64,000 nt of DNA from the human T2T-CHM13v2.0 reference genome, Homo sapiens, in NCBI RefSeq assembly GCF_009914755.1, contig NC_060934.1; one strand, 5' to 3'. The translations under genes were made by a program, and so were the position numbers. How positions within the stretch are numbered: the first letter of the stretch is position 1; every line of letters begins with the position of its first letter. Below, one piece after another: positions 38,472-52,084 of this stretch. A model generated the notes under the pieces. It was not told where the DNA came from. It worked only from the letters and a program-made list of their open reading frames with translations, and did not search any database.

Positions 38472-41400
38472 CCTTACAGGCTCTAGGATTCCAGGTGAAA
38501 GAGAAATTTAGTAGAGCAATTTGCAGTGGTTCTGCTTTCTTCGTATCTGTCACTTGCACACATCACGGCCTCAGGGGTTGCAGGGGTTGCACAGCTCCAG
38601 GGCTGCCATTAGCATCAGATTTTGATGGGAATGAGCCCTATGTCTCCTCCTCCAGCTTTGCAAAGGGCTGCGTTGTTCCTTTTGACTCCTTAGAACTAAC
38701 ATTAGGTTCTAAGATGGTGTTCCTAATGGTACTGTTGACAGGAAAGACATTGGCCACCGTTCTGACAATGGGTGGTGGGGTAGCTTTCTGTGTGCACTTG
38801 GAAGTTGTGTAATTTCTTTAACTCAGATTCATAATTCACTTAATTTTTTGCCCTTATTCCTTTTGCTTTTTTCTTCCTTTTTTATTGAAAGAGTAGTAAA
38901 TTTTTCTTCTTTTATCCAGCAGTTTTGTTTCTTATTCATTTTTCACATTAGCTACTTCTGTATGTGTGTGTTTCATATTTTATGAGTACTCACAGTGGAC
39001 TTTTTTTTTGAGAGTCTATTCTGATGAGGAATATGTAAATGGAATGACAGTTAAGAGTCTGTAAAGTTCTAATCCGACTACATTTTCTGACAGTGTGTAG
39101 CTTTGGCTTGGTTCAGGTGCTGAATTGGTTTTGTATCTTTGTGGACTGTTTGAAATCTCAGCTGCAGCATGATGACCTGGCCCCCCGAGGCAGGTGGTGA
39201 ACTGAACAGGCATTTGATTCAGGGGTCTGGCATTCAAGGGCATCCTTAGTGGAAAACTTTGAAGGGGAGAAAAACCCTTGGTTTGTTGCATCTCTGTTGC
39301 ACTGTTGAGGAAAAATAGTGATGAGATCATTTAAATTATTTGATCTCAAGAGTCACTTCCATTAGTCAGGTGCACTGCTGCTGGATTGAGGAAATGGCAG
39401 CGTGGGTTTCTTGAAATAGAGGTTTAGAAATTCGAGTCTTGATTTTCAGCTTGCCTAGGTGAAGGAAGCTCCAAAGAATGTCGTGACACAGTATTCCTGA
39501 CAAACATTGTCTCTAAGTATATTTGAACCAAAAATGTCAGTTCCTTAGAAAGTATGTTTATAAATATACAAATGGAAGTGATTCTTGAAATTGAAGGTGC
39601 CTTCCAAAAGTCTGAGGTTTGAAAACATTTAGTCAACTCTTGCCCTGTCCATATAGCACACAACTTTTATTAGGAAAGTTATCATTATAAGAGAGTAGCT
39701 ATTCATTAAAGAGGTGGTTTTCAACACTGCTATTACAGAGCTCAAAGGGGACTGCCCAGGCCATTACCACAGGATTAAAAAGGCCCCTGCATGTGATTGT
39801 CAGGACTTATGTCAGTGTGTGCACAACCAATCAGGAAGATTATTTGGAGTTGTGAAAATGAACCTCTTCTGTTTATACGACACATCTGGAAGTGACGTGG
39901 AAGATGAACTCTTCAGGTCAATTTAGGCAAAGCTGCCAAACCTTGATTACTTTCTCTGTATTCTTTTGGTATTCTGTGGTCCTTCAAAGTGACTTTAAGT
40001 ACTGTTTTTAGAGTGATTCTGAAGTTTAAACAAGCTCAGTATATGCCTAATTTCCTGAAATAGGAGGTCTCTCAGGGAAGGTCCAGCCTAACCCAAGTTA
40101 AATACGTTCTTTAGTTCTATCAGCTGTTTTTCAGATGCAACTAATCTAGAAAGTTTGTTTGCACAAAATAAAAATATGGCAAAATGTGTTTTATACTACT
40201 TACATAGTGGGTGCTTAGTTTGTGGGAAACAGGGATATATTTCTGAAACAAGGACAATTATGCTTACAGAATATTTTAAGAATTTTTATTTTAAGTATAT
40301 AATACCATTGGAACAAGATGAACAGCACTGCTTCTTATGAGATACCCTTACAGGACCTTTTTTGGTAAAAGGGTAACTAGCTAATTATTAGGGTAGTGTA
40401 TATGTAGGGAGAGTATTTATAATAAGCCTGAAATCACATTCTCTTTGCAAAGACCAGTGCTCCTCCTGAATGTCTTCAGCCTAATAATCTAAAGAGCCAT
40501 TTATTATACACTTTGGTGGTTGGATTTAGCCATCTTGTGGTGGGAGCAGTCACTGAGCTCCAAGTTAAGTTAGCCACATTGTTTTGTTTGCTTCTGAGTG
40601 TGTAAGTGATCTACCTAGTTTTCAAGTATTTTAAGACGTTTGGCATATGATATTTTCGCCTTCAGTTCACTTATTTTATTCCATTGAAGTGTTAACGCTG
40701 ACGGTGGGTCACTGTGTGGGGTGACAGTGGCTGAAAAACTGATTGCAAAGCTGTATTTAAAATTTTTTTCAGAGTTCAAGAGTGGTGTCAGTTCTTCAGT
40801 TTGACATTCTTGCTATAGATAGAGGTTATGTAAACACAATGCTAGTACTCCAAGGAACTAAACAAGCTGAGAAGTTAGTGGAGTTCCTTTCCTTTCTCGT
40901 TAAGCTAACATTTGTAGCAAGTGGCTGCATCCCCTTGAAGTGTTTGTGGAATGTGTTCTCTTCATCCACAGAGAAGATGTTGGAGAGAAAACAGAATTAA
41001 CTAGGCAAGTAGTTGGCTGAGAGAATTACCAGTGCCTGGGGTGACTAGGCTTAGAGCCACAGCCATTGTAGGTGGTCCACAAATATGGTAGCCTGAGCAG
41101 AGGGCCATTTTCTAGAAATGTGAGAATTTGATGTCCCCTGTGGGAATTCGAGCTTCAGTTCTTCAGTAGGTCAACAACCATTGGTCAGTCCAAGTTCTGC
41201 CGTCCAGCCTCCCTGCTGGATGCTGGGAATACAAAGGTCAACGTTATTTGGACCTTGCGCTTAAGGACATAATGATCTATTAGGTGAGACAGATGCAAAT
41301 AAGGGATTACAATACGGTGTGTAGGGGAAGAAGGGACACCAGAGTCCCCTGGATGGCAGAGGATGTGGTCAGGGTAAGTTAGCAAATGAGCGCTGCCTGA

Positions 41401-41518
41401 TTAGTGAGGGGAAAGAGTGGTGAAGGGGGTGGGGCAGTGAGGCAGAGGCCGGTAAGGCCAAGGCAGGCACAGGGTAATTTGCTTCTGAAAGATCCAGGCT
41501 GGACTGGGCATATGTTCC

Positions 41519-41823
41519 TTTTTTCTTTCTTTCTTTCTTTTTTGAGATAGGGTCTCACTCTGTAACCTGGACTGGAGTGCAGTGGTGAGATCATAGCTCA
41601 CTGCAGCCTTGACCTCCCAGTCTCAAGCAGTCCTTCTGCTTTAGCCTCCCGAGTAGCTGGGACCACAAGTGTGCACCACCATGCCTGGCTAAGTTTTTAA
41701 ATTATTTGTACATACAGGGTCTTGGCATGTTGCTTAGGCTGGTCTGGAACTCCTGGGCTCAAGTGATCCTCCTGCCTCAGCCTCCCAAAGTGCTGGGATT
41801 ACAGTCATGAGCTACCACACGTG
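41519..41823 (-). mobile_element. AluJ
   Basis: TSD ATATGTTCCTTTT. Confidence 0.87.
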
Positions 41824-42407
41824 GTGGGTATATGTTCCTTTTGAAGTCAGTAGGTAGTTTAGTTGAACTTGTTCGTAGCTTAGTCCCCAAAGATTTAATG
41901 AATTGTGCTCATTAAGAGGACGTTTGTTGGAAAAGAGATTTCACAATGATGGATGTGTACTGGAGTTTCATGTATATTTTTATATACTCTAGATTCTGGA
42001 GAATGATCACTCAGTTTTAGTGTGGAAGACAGAATAGACATCTTTAGAACTGTAAAAGGAATAAGCTATTTTTGTTGAGTATGAGAAGAAGATAGCCTTC
42101 GTAGAATCACAGGCTGTTCAGAGCATCAAGGACCTCATACTGTAGGAGATCCTCATGTTACAGATAGGACAGCTGAGCTGCCAAGAGGAGCTGCTCCTCG
42201 GCTCCCCAAAGCTGGTTCACAGCAGTTCTCAGTCTGAGAGCAAGTCTTCTGATACTGGGGTCAGATCCTTTCACTGCAACACACTGTACCTCTTTTAAAC
42301 CAGTTCTTATAGCAAGGTAAAAGTTTCTCAAGAAGAAATTGACCTATCTTAATGTTTTTCTTTTTTAATGTGATGTTAGTCTAAGTAAGAATTATGTTTT
42401 AGGGAAT

Positions 42408-43240
<833 letters not shown>

Positions 43241-43982
43241 AAACATGGATTAAGATTCTGTTCATTGTGTTTAACAGAAGTTCACTAAAACTGACTTCCG
43301 CAAAACAGACGGGGAGTGGGAGAGAGAATAACTATGGGATCTGAGGATTTTTCATGGAGACAAAGGGTGAGGAGCATAACTAAGTCTCATGAGGAACTGG
43401 ACTTGGAAGGTGGACAGTCTGTAGGAACTGAGGCAGCTTTCTCCTTCAGTATCTTAATAGTAAATTCTCCTATCTTTCTAAGTCAGTCTTATGTTTCAGG
43501 TGTCTCAAATTTATTTTTCTTTTAATCTTTATTCTTTATAAAATAGCTATTTTTCTTTGTCTACACATGGTGGAAAATGGCCACCCCAGTGGTTCTAGGA
43601 CCATAAAAGACTAATGGGAAGAATTTCTGTGTCCCAGGAGAGAGGATTGAGTTTCCTTTGCCCCACTAGTGGGATGGCTCCCCCTATGAAAGTTGTCCAG
43701 TGAGCAGGGTCAAGGTTTAGGTTTGGGGTACGGACATGAGTGCAGGAGCCTTACTCTCCTGTGTGTTGTCAGGGATGGATAAAGGGGATGAAGTTGGAGG
43801 GGTTTAGTGAATGGTTGGGACAGCAAATTTCAGAGAAGAGCATTTGGAAATAATTTTCTCAAATATATATTTTTAAAATCCATATTTGATTTTTTTCCCT
43901 CAGGGATTCCCAAGCATAGTAGAGCTAAAATGAATTAATTTGGGTAAAAGTAAAGTTAAGGCTAAGTTAGGAAACACTTTTA

Positions 43983-44349
<367 letters not shown>

Positions 44350-45429
44350 TTAAAAAATGTCTCTGAGACTAGTATTAACCTGGAAAACTTACTGATTATC
44401 GTAAGTACTATTTCTCTCTCTCTCTTTAGTTGCCCCTTATAAATTCCAGGTTTAACAACTTTTTAAAATGTTCTTATGCCATGAACATCTGTCAGCTTTC
44501 CTATCTTAGATTGTTTTTTTTTTTAGCAGCTTATGTAACTTGAAATGAAATTACCATTTTTTGTTCTAAAACTGCCCATTTAGTGTGTTGATAGGGTTTT
44601 GCTTTTGGCTTCAGTTGATTTCAATAGATGACAAAGATGCAGAAAAGGTTTTTATTTTCATTTTTGCATGCTTGTTCACTTCCATGGCACTTTAAAATGA
44701 TGCACACTCTGGCTTAGCTGCAAGAAAGCTTGTATTACAAAGATAGAAACCAAAAGCCTTTTCTGGAGGTGTTTTTCTTTTTGCTTTGTAGATAAGTCAG
44801 AAGAATCCTGTGAAACCTAAAGACAGTCTACCACTTGCATAGTTGGGTAGTTTTCATTTTTGTTCTTGGAGTTGGATCTGAGCAGTACAGCAGTAGCAGC
44901 AATTAAAGCATGTTAGTGTATGGTAAACACTTATGCTTGTACATCTTAAGATGTTGCTTTGTTGGTCAAAATCCGATTTTAAAAGTTGAGACTGGTGCAG
45001 TGGTTTTGGGAATTAACACATGGTAAACAGCTCTGTTCCCAGCCCCCAATTCTCCATGACTCCGCGTGGGGGTAGCTGGTGTTGTAGCGCATGTTTGAGG
45101 ACGTGGATGTGGCAACGGGAAGCGTGCTTCACATGGGGTGGGTCCACAGAGCCTAGCATGGTTGGCTGGGTGGTGCTTCTTCAGAAAAATCTGCGCCCAC
45201 TCCTTAACCTCTTCATGTTTTACTCATACTCTGCTATTGTGGGTTTAGGTTTGGCAATAATGCTGCTACTTACATTGAGAACCTAATAGGGAAAAAAGAC
45301 TGGGCTTTGTAGTTGCAACGATTGCTGGGAAGATGCAACAAGTTTTTCTAGCTTCTTATTATGGTTTACTGTGATCCATTCTCTTAAAACTATTCTTTCT
45401 TATAATCCTCTCTCTCTCTCCTTAACAGA

Positions 45430-46020
45430 TGAGGAGTTGATCATGCCACTGCCCTGCTCACAATCCCTGAGTGGCTTCTGTTGTGGTTAGAGTAAATACA
45501 TACTCCTCCCCGTGGCTCAGAGTCATTGGTGTCTGTCCCCTGCCTGCCATGTAAACCTCCTTTCTCGTTGTGACTCCATGCACAAGGGCCTCCCAGTGTT
45601 TTTCAAGCTTCCAACTTTGTCTGTCTCAGGCTCTGTACAGATGTTCTTCCTTCTGCCCTGCATGCTCTTCCCAAAGCTCATCACCTGGCTGGCTTTTGGG
45701 CATCCCGCATCACCCCGCATCACCTGTTCAGGTTTTTTCCTAAGAACATAATCCAGAGAGAGCAGCCCCTGCTCCTGCCCCTGCCCCTGCCCCAGCCCCA
45801 GCCCCAGCCCCAGCCCCATCACGCTCAGTCACTTTACCTTTATGAGGTAATGTTTACCACAGTCTGAAATTATCTTATTTGCCTGTTGCTTGTGTTTCCC
45901 CCACTCCCAGAATAGAAACACAATGAGGACAGGGACATGTCTTGCCCACTACGATGCCTCCATCACCTAACACAGTACTTAGCATATAGTAGTTCTCAGG
46001 AAATACTCGAATGAATAGAA
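45430..46020 (+). mobile_element. L2 3' region containing a C-rich hexamer repeat
   Basis: L2-like end CAGTACTTAGCATATAGTAGTTCTCAGGAAATACTCGAATGAAT. Confidence 0.65.
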
Positions 46021-46059
46021 GTGCTGCATTCATTTAACACATAGCAAACATTTTTTTGT

Positions 46060-46650
46060 ATGTGTGTTTCTAGACCTTGGCATTTTTAAAGAGCACTGGT
46101 CAGTTTGTAAAATATCCCTCAATTTGACTTTGTCTAGTGTTTCCTCTGGATTAGATTCAGATTATGTATTTTTGGTAGAAGCAGTGCCTCGTGTCAGAAG
46201 GCACGTGTCTGTTTATCCCAGCATTGGGGATGCTAACTTTGATCACTTTGTGAAGCTGTGTCATATTCTAGGTTTCTTCAGTGTACTGTTGCTGCTTTTT
46301 CCTTTGTAATTAATAAGTAATTTGTGGGGAGATTTAGACTTTGTAAATATTCGATTTCTTATCAAACTTTCACTCACAAGTTTTAGTATCCATTGACGGT
46401 TTTTTAGGTCCTTCTGTATCTATTAGCAGGCATTCTCTTGTAAGGAAAAGCTCTCCCTTCTCATCATTTATATATTGATCAGTATGGGTCATGGATTGTT
46501 ATTTCATTGAGTTTTAATCTATTATTTTTTTTTTGTTGCTTAAGTTGTCCAAACTTTGACTGGTGGGAGCCTCTTCAAACTGGTTTCTTTTCAAGCTGTG
46601 TTCTTTTGCTATGTCCTTATCATTCCTTCAGTGCTTCCTTAATTTCTGGC
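46060..46650 (-). mobile_element. Old L1M(E)-like fragment
   Basis: T-rich degenerate L1 3' region. Confidence 0.5.
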
Positions 46651-48049
46651 AGGACATTTGCTTTTTAGAAATCATTTTTCTCTTGATTTGGAAAATGCAC
46701 TTTTTTGCTTTTTTTGCCCCCCGCAAGAAGTATGGATGTAATACTTCCCTTTACAGAACACCACCATAACATCTGTACTCATTCATGATACCTACAAATG
46801 TGACCTTAAGCAAGTCTTTTTTTTTTTTTTTTTTAAACTCATGATTTTTCTTGCTGTTTCTGTGAAATCTAAGAGGAGCAGCTTGTCTGCTTGTAGCTCA
46901 GGGACAGAATAGCATTGTGTGAGGTGGTCCACATATTTATTGAATACTGCCAGTGCATAAAGCATTCTACCTGGAGCTGGAGAGAATCACACAAGAGAGT
47001 AGAAGAGAGTTATGTATCTGCTCTCAAGGATGGCAGGATTCAGTGGAGAAAGACCAGACTGTACTGCATATAGGAACAAATGAAGTTGAAAAGATTAATT
47101 TTCACAACTAACAGTCTTCCTTATCCTGCTCATGGGTAAAGATTACCATTTAATTTGTAGCAGTAGTGAGTCGGTGCCATTTATGACCACTTCTTGTCAA
47201 GCTCACACTTGAGACAAGTCAAGGGCCAAAAAGGCCTGACCTGTAGATACAACAAGCCACTTGTAGATTTAGGTGGTTAATTACTTATAGAGACAGAGAA
47301 AAGAAGAAGAAGGCAAAGATGCCAGCTTCCTGTAGTTCTTGTCTAGCATACCAAGAAGGGTGACACTGAAACTCACAGCTGATGACCGTGAGCCACAGGA
47401 TTCCGGCTCCTGAGGAGCTAGATCCAGATGGCAGCTAAGTGGGTTTATGTTCTGGACCCTTATTTGAGGCCAGGTGAAGGGATGCCCAGAAAGCCCCATG
47501 CTTCACCAGAACCCAGGAGGCAATGAGGACCTGTCTCCCGTCGGCTGCCAGGGAAGTAGGGAGGTGAGTGGGCGCTGACATAGCATCCCTCTCTTTTGTG
47601 TTCCTGGAGGGTCATAAGGTGTTCTTCCAAGACAGACAAAGCATCTGTGCTTCAGGCCTTGCCTACATGGCTTATTAGGTAAGTGCGGACTGCCAGGGAT
47701 TTGTGGCAGAGCTGTTCCCCTGTACTTCTTTGGACTTGTAGTGTGACTGATGTCTCCACATAACAGATAATCACATCACCTCTCAGTGTTACTCCCCAGC
47801 TGTTTTGCCTCCCCCTGTCCTGTCCCCTCTGTGGGTCGACAGATGCTGTTGTGTGAATCAGGCTGTTCTTGGGGCCTGTTTTCTGTCTGCCTCCTCTTTA
47901 TATCTGACATGTAAACATGGCTGTCATTGGTTTGAGAATCCTGGTTCAGGCTCTCCCTGTACATATTTGGAGCCACTGGACTGTGGCAGATACTGCCTCA
48001 TTATTTGTAGATGGCTGTGTTTTTTGTTTATTTGTTTAAAAAACAAATT

Positions 48050-48750
48050 TGTGGTATAATATAACATCAAATTTACCATTTTAACTCTTTATTTATTATT
48101 ATTATTATTATTATTTTTTTTTGTAGAGGCAGGGTTTTGGTATGCTGCCCAGGCTGATCTTAAACTTCTGAGCTGAAGCGATCTGCGCGCCTTGGCCTTC
48201 CAAAGTGCTGGGATTACAGTTGTGATCCACCACACCCATTTTAGCCATTTCTAAGTGTACAGCTCAGTGGCATTAGGCACATTCACATTGCTGTGCAACC
48301 ATTACCACCATCCATCTCCAGAACTACTTCTTCCCAAACTGAGACTCCGTGCTAAGTTGTTAAAAAACCCCAAGTCCTCATTTCCTCATCCCCCCAGATC
48401 CTGGTGACCACCATTCTTTTGGTGCCTAAATTTGGACCTCATATAAGTGGATCCATACAATATTTGCCTTCTTGGAACTGGCTTATTTCACTTAACGTAA
48501 TGTCCTCAAGGTTTATCCATGTTGTTGCATGTATGAAAATTTCCTTCCTTTTTCAGGCTGAATAATGTTTTATTGTATGGATATATCACATTTTGTTTAC
48601 CCATTCATCTCTTGTTGGACAGTTGAGTTGCTTCTGCCTTTTGGTGATTGTCGATAATGCCGCTAGGCACACGAGTGTTGAAACATTTGTTTGAGTTCTT
48701 GCTTTCAATTCTTTTGGGTATGTACTCAGAAGTGGAATTGCTGGAAGGAC
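48050..48750 (-). mobile_element. L1MB-like 3' end with an inserted Alu monomer (48091-48237)
   Basis: AAGTGTACAGCTCAGTGGCATTAGGCACATTCACATTGCTGTGCAACCATTACCACC; minus ORF 48586-48810 resembles the ORF2p C-terminus. Confidence 0.8.
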
Positions 48751-48865
48751 TGAAATCTTAGTTTTTGGTGAATTTGTATTGTTACTTAATGTTAATAGCT
48801 GTATCACCATATTATATGGGCCTTATGAGGCCAAAGGGATGACTGGAATTTTAAAATTAAATTTC

Positions 48866-49181
48866 TTTTTTTTCCTTTCTTTTCTTTTCTTTTTTTTTTT
48901 TTTTGAGATAGAGTCTCACTCTGTCACCCAAGCTGGAGTGTAGTGGTGTGACTATGGCTCACTGCAGCCTCAATCTCCTGGGCTTAAGCGATCCTCCTGT
49001 CTCAGACTCCTGAGTAACTGGGACCACAGGCATGCACCACCATGCCCAGCTGATTTTTTTTTGTAGCTATGGGGTCTTGCCGTGCTGCTCAGGTTGGTCT
49101 TGAGCTCCTGGGCTCCAGCAGTCCTTCTGCCTTGGCCTCCCAAAGTGCTGGGATTACAGGTGTGAGTCACTGTGCTCTGCC
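48866..49181 (-). mobile_element. AluJ
   Basis: Reverse-complement dimer with a long pyrimidine tail. Confidence 0.85.
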
Positions 49182-49425
49182 TAAATTTTATCTTTTAAAA
49201 GTAGTATTTATTATTTCCCTCCTTGATTTTAGAAAATTTAAAAAAGTATATAGAAAAAATTACCTGTAATCCTACCACACAGAGCAATGCTTGTTTTTAA
49301 AATTTTACATTAGTATTTTAATATTAATATGAACATTAATACTCATCTGTATATGATTATATACAATGTATAACTTAAAGAAAATTTGATAATATATTAA
49401 TATGTCTCTGAGTCAGACACATTAA

Positions 49426-49823
<398 letters not shown>

Positions 49824-50399
49824 TTACATATATACCTGTGGATGTATATTTCTTTCATAATTGGGACCATGCTTTAAATATGACTTTATAATTTTTTTGT
49901 CTTATTATAAAAGTGTTGCCTCTAAACAATCTTCTAAAACATGATTATTAATTACCACAGGTAATACAAGGTACATCAATTCCACAATTTATTTAATCAT
50001 GACAGTACTAATTATACTAGCATTAATTGAGTGCTTAGATTTAGATTTTGGTTCTTTAGGTTTTTTCTTTTAATTTTTTAAAAAACTCATACATAATATT
50101 TTGTTTGCCTGTGGGGGGCATTTCCTTATTTCTAAAAGTCAACTTTATGAGACAAAGGAATGAAACTTTTGATACTTACTGAGTAGGCAGGAACTGAATG
50201 TTATTTTTCAGGTGCATGTGATTAACTTTTAATATGGGTCTGAGAATCGGCATTCTGCTCACTGTCTTCACTAATTCTCTAAGAAAATATTAAGCATCTA
50301 CTGAGAACCATATTACATTATGTAGATATTACAAAGATATATAAGACATGGCCTCTGATTTGTGGAGCACTAAATTGTAATTGTGAAAATGAGAAGTAT

Positions 50400-50795
50400 G
50401 GGGCTGAGCATCCCTGATCTGAAAATCTGAAATCAGAAATGCTCCAAAATCTGAAACCTTTTAAAAATGTTTGCCCCCTCAACACACACACTTCAGCACC
50501 CAAAATCTGAAACCTTTTGAATGCCAACATGATGCCACAAGTGGAAAATTGCACACCTGACACTTTTGCTTTCTGATGGTTCACTGTACACACATTTGTT
50601 TCATGCACAAAATAAAACTAATGTATAAAATTACTTTCAGGTTATGTGTATAAGGTGAATGTGAAACAGAAATGAATTTTATGTTTAAACTGGAGCCCCA
50701 TCCCCAAGTTTAAACAAATCTTCCAAAATCCAAAAAAAATTGAAATCCAAAACACTTCTGGTACCAAGCATTTTGGATAAGGGAGACTCAGCCTA
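50400..50795. mobile_element. Tigger4/Zombi (MER46-type) DNA transposon
   Basis: Terminal inverted repeats GGCTGAGCATCCCT..AGGGAGACTCAGCC; AAAATCTGAAA motifs. Confidence 0.8.
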
Positions 50796-51178
50796 TATAT
50801 ACATTATCATTTAAGGCAGCATGTGATACATACTATGTTGTACAGAAGTAGGTGCTAAAATCAAATAAAAAAGAGTGTGCAATAAGATGTGCAAGGTGGA
50901 ACAGGTGACTTTTGGCCTGGGTGATCTGGGACAGTTTCATGGAGAGAGAGATTGAGTACTGGGTCTTTTGGTTGGGTGGTTCTTGCAAATAGAACATTTC
51001 TGGCAGTAGGGAAGGCAGTAGGAAAGTCCTCCAGGTGACAAAGTACAGGATGTATTTGGGTCTTGGCAACTGAATTTACTTAAAGACAGGGAGGATAGTC
51101 CAGACGAGGCTTGGGCCACTTGCAGCCTAAGAGGTCCATGTCGTGTAGGGACCTGAATGCCAAGCTAGAGGGTACCAG

Positions 51179-52084
51179 TTTTTTTTTTTAATTCTCCAAT
51201 TTAAAACTTTTAATTAAAAAGTAAACTTTAATGTCAAAAATGCAAACTTTGGAGAGGGCAGAAAGATCACACACAAGGCTGTCACTTCACACTTGGAGGG
51301 TTGCACAGCAGCCAGAGGCGCTCCTCACTTCCCAGACGGGGCTGCGGCCAGGCAGAGGCGCTCATCACATCCCAGAGGGTGTGGGGGCCGGCCAGAGGCG
51401 CTCCTCACTCCCCAGATAGTTGGCGGGGGGGCCAGGCAGAAGCACTCCTCACTTCCCAGACAGTGGGGCAGCCAGGCAGAGGTACTCCTTGCTTCCCAGA
51501 TAGGGCGGCAGCCGGACAGAGGCGATCCTCACTTCCCAGATGGTCGGTGGCCGTACAGAGGCGCTCCTCACTTCCCAGACAGGGCGGCGGCCGGGCGGAG
51601 ACGCTCCTCACTTCCCAGGTGGTGGGCCGCCGGCGGCCGGGCGGAGACGCTCCTCACTTCCCAGATGGTGGGCCGCCGGGCAGAGGCGCTCCTCACTTCC
51701 CAGCTTGTGAGGTGGCCGGCAGAGGCACTCCTCACTTCCCAGACGGTAGGGTGACCAACAGAGGTGGTCCTCACTTCCCCGACGGGGCGGCAGCTGGGCA
51801 GAGGCGCTCCTCACTTCCCAGACGGTGGAGTGGCCGGCAGAGGCGCTCCTCACTTCCCCGACAGGGCGGTAGCTGGGTAGAGGCACTCCTCACTTCCCAG
51901 ACGGTTGGGGGGCCGGGCAGAGGCGCTCCTCTCTTCCCAGACAGTGGGGCGGCCGGGCAGAGGTGCTTCTCACTTCCCAGGTGGTTGGGGGGCCGGGCAG
52001 AGGTGCTCCTCTCTTCCCAGACGGTGGGGCTGCCGGGCAGAGGTGCTCCTCTCTTCCCAGACGGTGGGGCGGCCTGGTAGAGGC
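51179..52084 (-). mobile_element. SVA2-type VNTR retroposon (VNTR + unique 3' segment + poly(A)), antisense in intron 1
   Basis: Poly(T) 51179-51189; ATTAAA on the minus strand at 51209-51214; ~120 bp non-SINE-R unique segment; ~19 units of ~40 bp SVA-like VNTR (GCAGAGGCGCTCCTCACTTCCCAGAC..); imperfect TSD GAGGGTACCAG / GGGGATACCAG. No hexamer, Alu-like or SINE-R domain. Confidence 0.8.

Noticed and set aside
38285-38812. 175-aa ORF
   Set aside because: Starts at TTG inside MER20; no protein-like features.
43662-43673. Perfect 12-bp palindrome CCCACTAGTGGG
   Set aside because: Several palindromes of this size are expected by chance in 64 kb; not a good CTCF match.
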